A stretch of DNA of 64,000 nucleotides, from the NCBI GenBank assembly GCA_001818695.1, contig MHJG01000003.1, positions 4,890-68,889 of the forward strand, written 5' to 3'. This stretch comes from Candidatus Harrisonbacteria bacterium RIFCSPHIGHO2_02_FULL_42_16 (lineage in GTDB: Bacteria; Patescibacteriota; Minisyncoccia; UBA6257; 02-FULL-45-10c). Below the pieces are notes generated by a model. The model ran no database searches. It had not been told where the DNA came from and worked only from the letters and a program-made list of their open reading frames with translations. A program made the translations under genes and the position numbers. Below, piece after piece: positions 18,244 through 27,829 of the stretch. Position 1 is the first letter of the stretch, and each line of letters begins with the position of its first letter.

Positions 18244-18257
18244 GGGGTATAAGAAAA
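18214..18257. repeat. perfect 20-bp-arm hairpin (loop TCAC) overlapping the ArsR gene 1 stop
   Basis: TTTTCTTATACCCCTTATTC-TCAC-GAATAAGGGGTATAAGAAAA. Confidence 0.9.
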
Positions 18258-18258
18258 T

Positions 18259-18334
18259 GCCACCTTAGCTCAGTTGGCAGAGCAGTGCTTTCGTAAAGCA
18301 AAGGTCCCCGGTTCAATCCCGGGAGGTGGCTCCA
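18259..18334 (+). tRNA. tRNA-Thr(CGT)
   Basis: GCCACCT/AGGTGGC acceptor stem, loop TTCGTAA, GGTTCAA T-loop, CCA. Confidence 0.93.
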
Positions 18335-18339
18335 AATGT

Positions 18340-19077
18340 ATGGAAAAACCGTTTAAAGAATTGACTGGTAAATATGACAAAGGCCACGCTCATATTTCTA
18401 TCCATCCGGGTGTGGGAGGAGAAGACGCTAAGGACTGGGCGAATATGCTTTTGAATATGTATGTAAAATACGCGCAGAAACGGGGATGGAAAATTGCGCT
18501 GATTGACGAGCGAGCGATTGATATAAGAGGGGAATATGCTTATGGTACGCTTCAAAACGAGGCCGGAGTGCACCGTTTGGTTCGGATTTCGCCGTTTGAT
18601 TCCAAACAGCTCCGCCACACCTCTTTTGCTTTGGTGGAAGTTTTGCCGGAGTTGCCGGAATTGGAGGCAAAAAATTTAGTTATACCGCCGGAGGATTTAA
18701 AAGTGGAATTGTCGCGTTCCAGCGGGCCGGGCGGCCAGAATGTCAATAAGCGGGAAACTGCAGTGCGGGTGGTGCATTTGCCGACCGGTATTGCGGCGGC
18801 ATCGCAGGCGGAGCGCGGCCAGTCCCAAAATAAAGAAAAAGCGCTGGCGCTTCTTAAGTCCAAACTTTTTAAGCTGATGGAACAGCGGCAGGAAAAAGAA
18901 ATTTCCAAATTGCGGACTAAAGTTACTCCCGAGTGGGGGCATCAGATCCGTTCTTATGTTCTGCATCCTTACCAGCAGGTAAAAGACCACCGCACCGGCG
19001 CGGTCAGCCATCAGCCGGAAAAAGTATTGAACGGCGATCTTGATAAATTCATCAATGCCGAGCTACAATTACAATAA
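18340..19077 (+). CDS. prfB: peptide chain release factor 2, N-terminally short
   Basis: E.GVHRLVRISPF (SPF), GPGGQNVNK, WG.QIRSYV; start moved to ATG 18340 because the tRNA occupies 18259-18334. Confidence 0.9.
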   Translation: MEKPFKELTGKYDKGHAHISIHPGVGGEDAKDWANMLLNMYVKYAQKRGWKIALIDERAIDIRGEYAYGTLQNEAGVHRLVRISPFDSKQLRHTSFALVEVLPELPELEAKNLVIPPEDLKVELSRSSGPGGQNVNKRETAVRVVHLPTGIAAASQAERGQSQNKEKALALLKSKLFKLMEQRQEKEISKLRTKVTPEWGHQIRSYVLHPYQQVKDHRTGAVSHQPEKVLNGDLDKFINAELQLQ

Positions 19078-19195
19078 CGATTCAAACCAGCAAATAACAT
19101 CCTAATCTACAAACTGCATGCGAATGGCTTACAAATAGCCACATCTAAACTAATTTTGTAGATTTGGATAATAATTTGTAGATTAGAATCGGTCA
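19078..19195. repeat. ~118-bp self-inverted repeat element, copy 1
   Basis: CGATTC...GAATCG ends, internal AATCTACAAA/TTTGTAGATT; paralog at 19887-20005. Confidence 0.8.
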
Positions 19196-19198
19196 TAT

Positions 19199-19882
19199 AT
19201 GATTAGTTTCCAAAACGTATCTAAAATTTATAACAGCCATTTGACGGCTCTGGAAAATATCGGTTTTACCATCAATCCGGGAGAATTCGTTTCCATAGTG
19301 GGAAGAAACGGGGCTGGAAAATCTACCATTATCAAGCTTTTGATAGGCGAAGAAAAACCGACTAAGGGTAGAGTTATTTTCGGGCCCTATGAAGTGAATA
19401 AGCTTAAGCCGGCGGAATTGCCGGCCCTACGTTCGCAGATAGGGATAGTTTTTCAGGATTTTCGTTTGCTTTCGGTTAAAAATGCTTATGAAAATATCGC
19501 TTTCGCGTTGGAAGTGGAAGGCCGGCCGCAATCGGAAATTGAAGAATTTGTTCCTCAAATTTTAGATATGGTCGGCTTGGCGCATCGGGCATATAATTTT
19601 CCCCACGAACTTTCCGGCGGTGAAAAACAGCGCGTGGCAATAGCCAGAGCGATGATTAACCGGCCGGCGGTTGTGGTGGCGGATGAGCCAACGGGTAATT
19701 TAGACCCGATTCATACCGCCGACATCATAAAATTACTTCTTAAAATAAATTCTTTGGGAACTACGGTCATATTGGTTACTCACAATAAAGAAGTGGTTAA
19801 CCATCTTAATCGGCGTGTCATCAGCTTGGATAATGGTAGAATTATAAGAGATGAAGAGAATGGGAAATATGTCCTGGCGTAA
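19199..19882 (+). CDS. ftsE: cell division ABC ATPase FtsE
   Basis: [43 protein letters not shown]; ftsX adjacent. Confidence 0.95.
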   Translation: MISFQNVSKIYNSHLTALENIGFTINPGEFVSIVGRNGAGKSTIIKLLIGEEKPTKGRVIFGPYEVNKLKPAELPALRSQIGIVFQDFRLLSVKNAYENIAFALEVEGRPQSEIEEFVPQILDMVGLAHRAYNFPHELSGGEKQRVAIARAMINRPAVVVADEPTGNLDPIHTADIIKLLLKINSLGTTVILVTHNKEVVNHLNRRVISLDNGRIIRDEENGKYVLA

Positions 19883-19886
19883 ATAG

Positions 19887-20005
19887 CGATTCAAATCTAC
19901 AAATAACATCCGAATCTACAAACAGTATGCGAATGGTTTATAAATTAGTCATATCTAAATAAACTTTGTAGATTTGGATAAAAGTTTGTGGGTTCGTATC
20001 GGTCA
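19887..20005. repeat. ~119-bp self-inverted repeat element, copy 2
   Basis: colinear similarity to 19078-19195; both end ATCGGTCA just before an ATG. Confidence 0.8.
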
Positions 20006-20914
20006 ATGGCTACAACTTTATATCGCATAATTAAATATGGTATTCAGAGTTTTTTGCGGCACGGCTGGCTGTCCATAGCGACTATCGCGGTTATCATGCT
20101 GGCGCTTTTTGTTTTTTTGAATCTTATTCTTTTTAATATGATGGCAAAAAACGCCATTAATATTCTTAGGGATAAAATAGATATTAATGTTTATTTCAAT
20201 AATAATGTTTCCGAAGATGATATTTTAAAGGTTAAAAGGTCCGTGGAAAGTTTGGCGGAAGTAAAGAATGTCCAGTATGTTTCTCGAAGTGAGGCCCTGT
20301 CCGTTTTTCAAAAACGTCACCAAGACGACGACACGATTGTTCAGGCGCTGGAAGTGCTGGAAGAAAATCCTTTATCCGCCTCGCTTAATATAAAAGCCAA
20401 CGATCCCAGCGATTATCCGATAATCTCCGCTTATCTTAATAATGAAAATCTTGCCGGACTGGTAGACCAGGTAACTTATAATCAAAATAAATTGGTTATC
20501 AACCGATTGGCGACTATTGTCAATACTTTTCAAACCGTTGGAATTGCTTTAACCGTAATTTTAACTATTATCTCAATTTTAGTGGCCCTCAATACGATAA
20601 TGCTTACTATTTATTCCACTCGCGATGAAATAGGAATTATGCGGCTGGTGGGCGCGCCTAATAAATTTATTCGCGGTCCCTACATAGTTCAGGGAATGAT
20701 TTATGGGATTATAGCCGCTTTTTTAAGTATTTTGCTTATTGCCCCGCTTATTTCCATTGCTTCGCCCTATATAAAAGTGCTTATGCCGGAAACGGATATT
20801 CAGCAGTATTTTTACGGGCATTTATTTATTTTATTGCTGTATCAGCTGATTTTCGGCATAGCGATAGGCGCGCTCTCCAGCATTATCGCGGTTCGGAAAT
20901 ATATGAAAATATAA
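20006..20914 (+). CDS. ftsX: cell division permease FtsX
   Basis: TM1, extracellular loop, three further TM helices; EIGIMRLVGA...IRGPY. Confidence 0.93.
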   Translation: MATTLYRIIKYGIQSFLRHGWLSIATIAVIMLALFVFLNLILFNMMAKNAINILRDKIDINVYFNNNVSEDDILKVKRSVESLAEVKNVQYVSRSEALSVFQKRHQDDDTIVQALEVLEENPLSASLNIKANDPSDYPIISAYLNNENLAGLVDQVTYNQNKLVINRLATIVNTFQTVGIALTVILTIISILVALNTIMLTIYSTRDEIGIMRLVGAPNKFIRGPYIVQGMIYGIIAAFLSILLIAPLISIASPYIKVLMPETDIQQYFYGHLFILLLYQLIFGIAIGALSSIIAVRKYMKI

Positions 20915-20940
20915 AATCCACCTTAGGGCGGATTTTATAT
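20910..20940. terminator. bidirectional terminator
   Basis: ATATAAAATCCACC-TTA-GGGCGGATTTTATAT between convergent genes. Confidence 0.7.
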
Positions 20941-21036
20941 TTAAATAAATAAATACAGCAAACTGCTTCCAACCATTCCGATAATCATTACCCAGACAAT
21001 TACATGAGTAATGATTTTTTTAAAGTTTTTATTCAT
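20941..21036 (-). CDS. 31-aa single-TM small protein (DUF4044/Prli42-like)
   Basis: MNKNFKKIITHVIVWVMIIGMVGSSLLYLFI; lies between tRNA-Gln and the terminator; below ORF-track cutoff. Confidence 0.6.
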   Translation of the reverse strand: MNKNFKKIITHVIVWVMIIGMVGSSLLYLFI

Positions 21037-21048
21037 AACGCCAAATTG

Positions 21049-21119
21049 TTCCGGGACAAGGAATCGAACCTCGATTTCATGGTTCAGAGCCATGCGTCCG
21101 ACCATTAGACGATCCCGGA
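21049..21119 (-). tRNA. tRNA-Gln(CTG)
   Basis: TCCGGGA/TCCCGGA acceptor stem, CATGG-CTCTGAA-CCATG, GGTTCGATTCC; CCA not encoded. Confidence 0.93.
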
Positions 21120-21163
21120 ATATTTATATATTATTATAATCTAAATATGTTACAATATAAAGC

Positions 21164-21661
21164 ATGGTAAGAAAATTTTCAGATATTAATCCAACTAGAA
21201 ATTCGGGCGGCAGGGAATACCCTTCTGATTTGCCGAAACCGGAATCCGCAACGGAAAAATTAAAAAATTTCTTTTGTAGAAATTTAGCCGGTTGGCTGGC
21301 ATTGCTGATTATTTTAGCGCTAGTTTGGAAATTATTGGTGTTTTTTAACGTCCTGCCTTCATCAACTTTTCCGAAAGTTGATAGGGAAAAATGGCAGGCG
21401 GTTTTTTTGAATAACGGCCAGTCCTATTTCGGCCATCTTCAGGAAGTTAATCGGGAATACGCCATATTAAAGGATATTTATTATCTAAGAGTGCCTGACC
21501 AGCAATCAGCCGAACCGCAATCTAATATTAATCTTGTTAAGCTTGGCAGTGAATTGCACGGTCCGGAAGACATAATGTATATTCCTAAAAATCAGATTAG
21601 TTTTTGGGAAAATATGAGAGCGGATTCAGCAGTGGTGAAAGTCATTACTTCGCAGAAATAA
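21164..21661 (+). CDS. membrane-anchored hypothetical protein
   Basis: TM plus WQAVFL.NGQ.YFG.L..IYYL..L.KLG.E.HGP. Confidence 0.75.
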   Translation: MVRKFSDINPTRNSGGREYPSDLPKPESATEKLKNFFCRNLAGWLALLIILALVWKLLVFFNVLPSSTFPKVDREKWQAVFLNNGQSYFGHLQEVNREYAILKDIYYLRVPDQQSAEPQSNINLVKLGSELHGPEDIMYIPKNQISFWENMRADSAVVKVITSQK

Positions 21662-21674
21662 GCGTATTTACGCG

Positions 21675-21713
21675 TTAAATTAATACCCCGTATAATACGG
21701 GGTATTAATTTAA
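21675..21713. repeat. near-perfect palindrome / terminator
   Basis: TTAAATTAATACCCCGTAT-A-ATACGGGGTATTAATTTAA. Confidence 0.8.
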
Positions 21714-21729
21714 TTTGTCAATATGATTT

Positions 21730-21756
21730 TGTGGATAACTTCAATGATGTGGATAA
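21730..21756. promoter_or_regulatory. two consensus DnaA boxes
   Basis: TGTGGATAA at 21730-21738 and 21748-21756. Confidence 0.55.
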
Positions 21757-21837
21757 CTGCCTAACATAATATACTATACTTTTTGCTAAAATTATTATGT
21801 CCGTTTGAAAGCGGATTGGCGCCAGAAAAAAGAAATT

Positions 21838-24800
21838 ATGAAGAAAAGTGGCGCGTCAAAAAGAATCAAGTTGTTCTTATTTTTTAGCATTTTTACGCTA
21901 AGGTTATTTTTTGTTGAGCCAAGTTACGCGAAAAGCGAATTGCCCGATTTTCAATTTAAAAAATTTAGCAATCAGGTAGGGCAATTTATAACCGTTTCCC
22001 AAAATTATTTCAAAAATTCATTGGAATATTATTCCCAAATTCATGAAAATAATAAGGTGGTTTTGGCTTCTTTTGTTAAAGAAATATCAAACAAATTAAA
22101 TGCCATTGCGTTAAAAAATAAAGATAAAAATGTTTTATTGGGCTTAGCTTTTGAAACAGCTCCATCAAGAAATTTCAGTCAGGAAATAGGGGAGGGGGTT
22201 TTGAAAAATACCCAGTTAATTTTTGAAGAGGGCAGTAGGTTGTTGGATTCGGCAATGCCAGCCTCTAATTTTATTAAGCCAAAAGAAAGAATTCCTTTCG
22301 CGCCCCAAGCATCTCCGCCGCTTATAACCGAAGCGCAAAAAGAATTCATTGTAAAACTTTACGAAAAATTAAAGGACGTTGATGTTGGCTCCCTATTTTC
22401 TTTCGAAAAAAAAGCGGTAGAAGACGAAGAGACCATTAATCGTTTGGCGGAAATTATTTCCGCTAAATTGCCGCAAGTTCAGCAAGTAATAAAAGAGGTG
22501 CGGACGGAAAAAGAAATAAAAATTGAGACCAAAGAAACCCAGGTTATTTTAAATGACCAAAAGATTAACGAATTGCAGGCGTCGCTGGTTCAGCTCCAAC
22601 AAACCCAAGAAACCAACCGCCAGAATCTATTTAACACTATCGCCTTATCCAACAGAATCAACACCTTAAAAGGCGTTACCATTACCGAACCGATTTTTTC
22701 CTCCGGCGCCATCACTGATTCGGATATTCCGGACACCATCACCGTCTCCAACTATATACCCTTGGGCGGAGGCACCTTTACCGGCAGTACCACCGTGGCC
22801 GGCAATTTTCATGTCAGCGGAGTTCTTAATGCCTCTTCCACTTTATTAGCTAATGGACTTTCTACTCTGACTGGCGGATTTATTTCTTCGGCTTCTTCCA
22901 CCATAGCTGGTTCATTGCAAATATCCGGGCCAATTCAGGCCTCGTCATCAGCGACTATTGCCAATACTTTGGGAGTGAGCGGCCTTTCTACTTTGGCAGG
23001 ATTCATCTCTACGGCCTCTTCAACAATTTCCAATTCTCTCCAATTAGCCGGCCCATTATCCGCCTCTTCCACTCTTCAGGTCAGCGGCAATTCCGTATTC
23101 TACGGCAATCTTGGCATCGGCACCACTTCTCCATCTCAATTATTTTCCGTTCAAGGCAATGCTTTCTTATCGGGCAGTTTAATAAATGTGGCGAATATCA
23201 CCGCTACTGGCACTATTACCACAGTCAATGCCTCTACCACCGGAATGTTGACTGTTGGTAACGGAGCGATTGTTACAGGGTCTTCCACCATAGCCGGTCC
23301 ATTACAAATATCCGGGCCAATTCAGGCCTCGTCATCGGCAACTATCGCTTCCACTTTGGGAGTGAGCGGCCTTTCTACTCTGTCAGGATTTATCTCCACG
23401 GCCTCTTCAACAATTTCCAATTCTCTCCAATTAGCCGGCCCATTATCCGCCTCTTCCACTCTTCAGGTCAGCGGCAATTCCGTATTCTACGGCAATCTTG
23501 GCATCGGCACCACTTCTCCATCTCAATTATTTTCCGTTCAAGGCAATGCTTTCTTATCGGGCAGTTTAATAAATGTGGCGAATATCACCGCTACTGGCAC
23601 TATTACCACAGTCAATGCCTCTACCACCGGAATGTTGACTGTTGGTAACGGAGCGATTGTTACAGGGTCTTCCACCATAGCCGGTCCATTACAAATATCC
23701 GGGCCAATTCAGGCCTCGTCATCGGCAACTATCGCTTCCACTTTGGGAGTGAGCGGCCTTTCTACTCTGTCAGGATTTATCTCCACGGCCTCTTCAACAA
23801 TTTCCAATTCTCTCCAATTATCCGGCCCATTATCCGCTTCCTCCACGTTAACGGTCGGAGGCAACTCTATATTTAGTGGATTTATCTCCACCGCTTCCTC
23901 AACATTTTCCTCCAATCTGCTGGTGAGCGGAGTATTGAACGCTTCTTCCACGATTTTTGCTTCCAACGGATTATCTTTAATAAGCGGAAATCTGGGCATT
24001 GGCACTACTTCTCCATCTCAATTATTTTCCGTTCAAGGCAACGCTTTCTTATCAGGTAGTTTAATAAATGTCGCCAATATTACCGCTACCGGCACCCTTA
24101 CCGTCAGAGGTTCTGCGACTTCAACGGTTAACCAGGCATTGGGAATCGGCCCCACTACCACGCCGGAAGCTATGCTCACCGTGATGGCGCGCGGCCGAGC
24201 ATTATTAGGCCGTATTTTTGAGGTTGCTGGAAATACTACCGCTACCAGGCATTCGCTTTTTACCGTGTATGAAAGCGGAAGAATAGATGTCGGAGGGCTT
24301 TCCGCGACCTCCACGGATTATTCTTCGTTAAGGAATCGTCTGACGATTTTCTCCGGCGGCGAGCGAAAACTCCAGCTTTTGAATACCGGTTCGCTTTTGG
24401 TTGGCAATACTGCCACTACCGGACGGGCGTATGCCTTTTCCGTTGCCGGTTCGGTAAATATTGCCGGTTCTCTCCAGTTTGGCAAAAAAAATGCTTACTT
24501 GAATTTCCTTTCGTCTGACGGCACCGTAAAATCCAATCAGAAAATCAGCGATACTGCCGGTAGTTTTACGGCAACTTTAGATATTAATGATAATTTTGGA
24601 ATGAGCGTTGCCAATATCGGCGACTTAGACGGGGATGGCGTAACTGATTTGGTAGCAGGCGCTCATAAAGATGATGACGGCTTTACTGACCGTGGCGCCA
24701 TTTATGTTCTTTTTATGAATCCTGCCGGCACAGTTAAATCATTTCAAAAAACGAGTAATAGTTTTGGCGGTTATACTCTTGCCAATAATGATGAATTTGG

Positions 24801-27750
24801 AGTTTCTGTTGCCGCTATCGGCGATTTAAACGGCGACGGCGTAACTGATTTGGCAGTAGGCGCTCATGCGGATAATGACGGCAATGCCGATGGCGGCGCT
24901 GTCTATATTTTATTTATGAATCCTGCCGGCACGGTTAAGTCCGCCCAAAAAATCAGCAGTACTGCCGGAAGTTTAGGAGTAACAATGGACACCAGCGATA
25001 ATTTTGGGCAAAGCATTGCTAATATCGGCGATTTAGACGGAGACGGCGTGACTGATATTGCGGTGGGAGCTTTCGTGGATGACGACGGCAATACTGATGG
25101 CGGCGCTGTCTATATTCTTTTTATGAATCCGGACGGTACGGTCAAGTCCAACCAGAAAATTAGCAGTACTGCCGGCGGTTTGGGAGTAACTATGGATACC
25201 GACGATCAATTTGGGCAGGATATTGCTTCTCTCGGCGACTTAGACGGCGACGGCGTAACTGACTTGGTAGTAGGCGCTCATCAAGATGACGATGGCAATA
25301 CTGATGGCGGCGCTGCCTATATTCTTTTTATGAATCCTGATGGTACGGTCAAGTCCAATCAAAAAATCAGCAGTACTGCCGGAAATTTTGGCACAACGCT
25401 GGTCGCGACCGATAGTTTTGGGTATAGCGTTGCTTCTCTCGGCGATTTAGACGGAGATAGCGTTAAAGATATTGTGGTAGGCGCTCGTTTGGATAACGAT
25501 GGCAATACTGATGGCGGCGCTGTCTATATTCTTTTTATGAATCCTAACGGCACGGTTAAGTCCAAGCAAAAAATTAGCAGTACTGCTGGCGGTTTGGGAG
25601 TAACAATGGATACTGGCGATCAATTTGGAGTAAGCATTGCTTCTGTTGGCGATTTGGACGGAGACGGCATAACCGATATCGCGGTAGGTGCTCCGGAAGA
25701 CGACGACGAAGATGCCGGCAGCGGCGCTATTTATATTCTTTTTATGAATGACACTTCTACGTTTAAGTTTTCAATTCAAAATAATAATGCTACTGGCACT
25801 CTTTTGACTCTGGCTAATATTGGCACGGCTACTAATACGGCTGCTCGGTTATCTTTTCAAAATAATGCTACTACCACTGCGGCTTTGACTTCAATTTTGC
25901 TCCAAAACACCACTAACAATAATGGCACCGCCACCACCAGCTCTTATGGCGCCCTGACTTTTTCTATTTTACAGAATGGTTTATTAACTGAAGTATCCCG
26001 ATTCAATGCCAGCGGCACTTTGTCCTTGGTTTCGGGACTTATTTCTTCTGCCTCTTCTACAGTAGCGGGTAATCTTCAAGTAGCTGGCGGCCTCCAGGCC
26101 TCTTCCACATTGACAGTTGGTAGTTTGGCTTCTCTATATAATGGTTTTATTTCTTCCGCTTCTTCTACTGTGGCGAGCAATCTTCATATATCAGGAGTTA
26201 TATCCGCTTCTTCTTCAATGGCTATTAACGGAGCTTTGATAGGCGCTACGACTATAGGAGTTTCAGCATCAACACCAGAAGCGGGAGCTATTTATGTGGA
26301 AAAAACAGGAGGAATACCCGCATCCATTTCTTTGGATACTTCCAATGCTGACCCAGCGATTGATTTTGATTCAAATAATGGCACAGTAAATTGGACTATT
26401 GGATATGACCTGTCAGAAAGTGGCTTTGTTTTGGCGCAAGGAGGAAATCCGACTACTGGCAATGCAAGATTGTTTCTTGCTGATGGAGGAAATATAACAA
26501 TGGCTAATAATGGTGGAAGTGTCGGCATTGGAACGACTACTCCGAGCGCCAAACTTGCGGTGGAACAGGGTTCGGTAAATACCATAGGATTTTATCTCTC
26601 CGGCTACGCTAATGCCACTGCTGACCTTTTTAGGGTCTCTACTTCTACAGCAACCGCCACTTCCACCGCTTTTGTGATTGATTCCCAAGGCCGAGTAGGT
26701 ATAGGAACTTCCACTCCCATTGCTCAGCTTTCTATTGAAGGCACCTGCATAGATAACGGCGGCGGTTGCGCGGACTACGCGGAACTTTATCCGGCTTCCG
26801 AATCGGTAGAAGCAGGAGAATTATTGGCTTTAGATATGGATAATCCCGGCCAGGTTAAAAAAGCCGCGGTTGGTAGCCGGGACTTAATTGTTGGGGCGGT
26901 TTCTTCCAATCCGGCAATTATTATTGAGGGTTCCAGCTTGCAATTATTAACCGGCGCCGCTTATAAAAATAATCCGGAAAAGCCGGCAGTGGCTTTAGCC
27001 GGAAGAATTCCGGTAAAAGTCAATTTGGAAGGCGGCGAAATTAAAGTCGGCGACCCGATTACCGCGTCTTCCGAAGCCGGCGTGGGTAAAAAAGCCACCG
27101 AATCCGGAAAAATTATTGGATACGCTTTGGAGAATTATCCAAATCAGTCAAATGTTAATAAGATAATGTTGTTTGTGTCTTTGGGGCATTGGCAAGCGCC
27201 AACTGAAATTACTCAATTACCTAATTATTTAATTGCTCAAGTCGTTGATGTTGTAAAACAATGGCTGGAAAGCATGCAGGTATTTATTGAAAATGGCCTG
27301 GTTAGATTAAAGAATTTAGTCGCGGAAAAAATTACCGTCCAACAGCTTTGCGTGGAAGATGTCTGTGTGGATAAAACTGGTCTCCAGGCGCTCCTTCAAA
27401 ATGCTGGATTAAATTCTTTATTTACTACCTCTACACCCGCAATTTCTACCACCTCTCCAAGTTTACCGCCATCTGATACTGAACCGCCGGTAATTGCTTT
27501 AAACGGCCCGGCTTTGATAGAAATTGAAATCGGAACTGTTTGGGTTGATCCCGGAGCAACGGTTACGGATAATGTGAATGACAATTTAGGCATTTACTAT
27601 AAAGTAGACGGAATGGAAACCGGCAATGGCGGCCGAGATTTACCCCAAATTGATATCACTGCCGTTGGCGCGCATACCATTATATACATTGCCACTGATC
27701 AGGCGGGGAATATCGGTTCGGCTACCAGAGAAGTTAAAGTGATAGAGTAA
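21838..27750 (+). CDS. giant secreted surface/adhesin-like protein: Ser/Thr-rich repeats, FG-GAP propeller, DYAE chaperone-like region, C-terminal DUF5011-like Ig domain
   Basis: signal peptide; GN.GIGTTSP repeats; six FG.S...GDLDGDG..D..VGA blades; DYAELYP; DTEPPVI.LNG..DPGAT.TD. Confidence 0.88.
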   Translation: MKKSGASKRIKLFLFFSIFTLRLFFVEPSYAKSELPDFQFKKFSNQVGQFITVSQNYFKNSLEYYSQIHENNKVVLASFVKEISNKLNAIALKNKDKNVLLGLAFETAPSRNFSQEIGEGVLKNTQLIFEEGSRLLDSAMPASNFIKPKERIPFAPQASPPLITEAQKEFIVKLYEKLKDVDVGSLFSFEKKAVEDEETINRLAEIISAKLPQVQQVIKEVRTEKEIKIETKETQVILNDQKINELQASLVQLQQTQETNRQNLFNTIALSNRINTLKGVTITEPIFSSGAITDSDIPDTITVSNYIPLGGGTFTGSTTVAGNFHVSGVLNASSTLLANGLSTLTGGFISSASSTIAGSLQISGPIQASSSATIANTLGVSGLSTLAGFISTASSTISNSLQLAGPLSASSTLQVSGNSVFYGNLGIGTTSPSQLFSVQGNAFLSGSLINVANITATGTITTVNASTTGMLTVGNGAIVTGSSTIAGPLQISGPIQASSSATIASTLGVSGLSTLSGFISTASSTISNSLQLAGPLSASSTLQVSGNSVFYGNLGIGTTSPSQLFSVQGNAFLSGSLINVANITATGTITTVNASTTGMLTVGNGAIVTGSSTIAGPLQISGPIQASSSATIASTLGVSGLSTLSGFISTASSTISNSLQLSGPLSASSTLTVGGNSIFSGFISTASSTFSSNLLVSGVLNASSTIFASNGLSLISGNLGIGTTSPSQLFSVQGNAFLSGSLINVANITATGTLTVRGSATSTVNQALGIGPTTTPEAMLTVMARGRALLGRIFEVAGNTTATRHSLFTVYESGRIDVGGLSATSTDYSSLRNRLTIFSGGERKLQLLNTGSLLVGNTATTGRAYAFSVAGSVNIAGSLQFGKKNAYLNFLSSDGTVKSNQKISDTAGSFTATLDINDNFGMSVANIGDLDGDGVTDLVAGAHKDDDGFTDRGAIYVLFMNPAGTVKSFQKTSNSFGGYTLANNDEFGVSVAAIGDLNGDGVTDLAVGAHADNDGNADGGAVYILFMNPAGTVKSAQKISSTAGSLGVTMDTSDNFGQSIANIGDLDGDGVTDIAVGAFVDDDGNTDGGAVYILFMNPDGTVKSNQKISSTAGGLGVTMDTDDQFGQDIASLGDLDGDGVTDLVVGAHQDDDGNTDGGAAYILFMNPDGTVKSNQKISSTAGNFGTTLVATDSFGYSVASLGDLDGDSVKDIVVGARLDNDGNTDGGAVYILFMNPNGTVKSKQKISSTAGGLGVTMDTGDQFGVSIASVGDLDGDGITDIAVGAPEDDDEDAGSGAIYILFMNDTSTFKFSIQNNNATGTLLTLANIGTATNTAARLSFQNNATTTAALTSILLQNTTNNNGTATTSSYGALTFSILQNGLLTEVSRFNASGTLSLVSGLISSASSTVAGNLQVAGGLQASSTLTVGSLASLYNGFISSASSTVASNLHISGVISASSSMAINGALIGATTIGVSASTPEAGAIYVEKTGGIPASISLDTSNADPAIDFDSNNGTVNWTIGYDLSESGFVLAQGGNPTTGNARLFLADGGNITMANNGGSVGIGTTTPSAKLAVEQGSVNTIGFYLSGYANATADLFRVSTSTATATSTAFVIDSQGRVGIGTSTPIAQLSIEGTCIDNGGGCADYAELYPASESVEAGELLALDMDNPGQVKKAAVGSRDLIVGAVSSNPAIIIEGSSLQLLTGAAYKNNPEKPAVALAGRIPVKVNLEGGEIKVGDPITASSEAGVGKKATESGKIIGYALENYPNQSNVNKIMLFVSLGHWQAPTEITQLPNYLIAQVVDVVKQWLESMQVFIENGLVRLKNLVAEKITVQQLCVEDVCVDKTGLQALLQNAGLNSLFTTSTPAISTTSPSLPPSDTEPPVIALNGPALIEIEIGTVWVDPGATVTDNVNDNLGIYYKVDGMETGNGGRDLPQIDITAVGAHTIIYIATDQAGNIGSATREVKVIE
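22894..23840 (+). repeat. 387-bp (129-aa) near-identical tandem repeat, about 2.4 copies
   Basis: TCTTCCACCATAGC units start at 22894, 23281 and 23668. Confidence 0.9.
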
Positions 27751-27829
27751 GCAATGGGTTTATAAGTTTAGTTCATACTACAACCCTGAAACTACGGTTA
27801 TTTTATATTTTTATTTTATATTTATTTTG

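Noticed and set aside
18274-18339. ORF-track N-terminus of prfB
   Set aside because: It is tRNA-Thr read as codons
21730-21756. Replication origin
   Set aside because: Only two DnaA boxes, no dnaA/dnaN nearby
24520-25750. DGR template/variable repeats or DNA-level array
   Set aside because: In-frame FG-GAP protein repeats; no reverse transcriptase in the window
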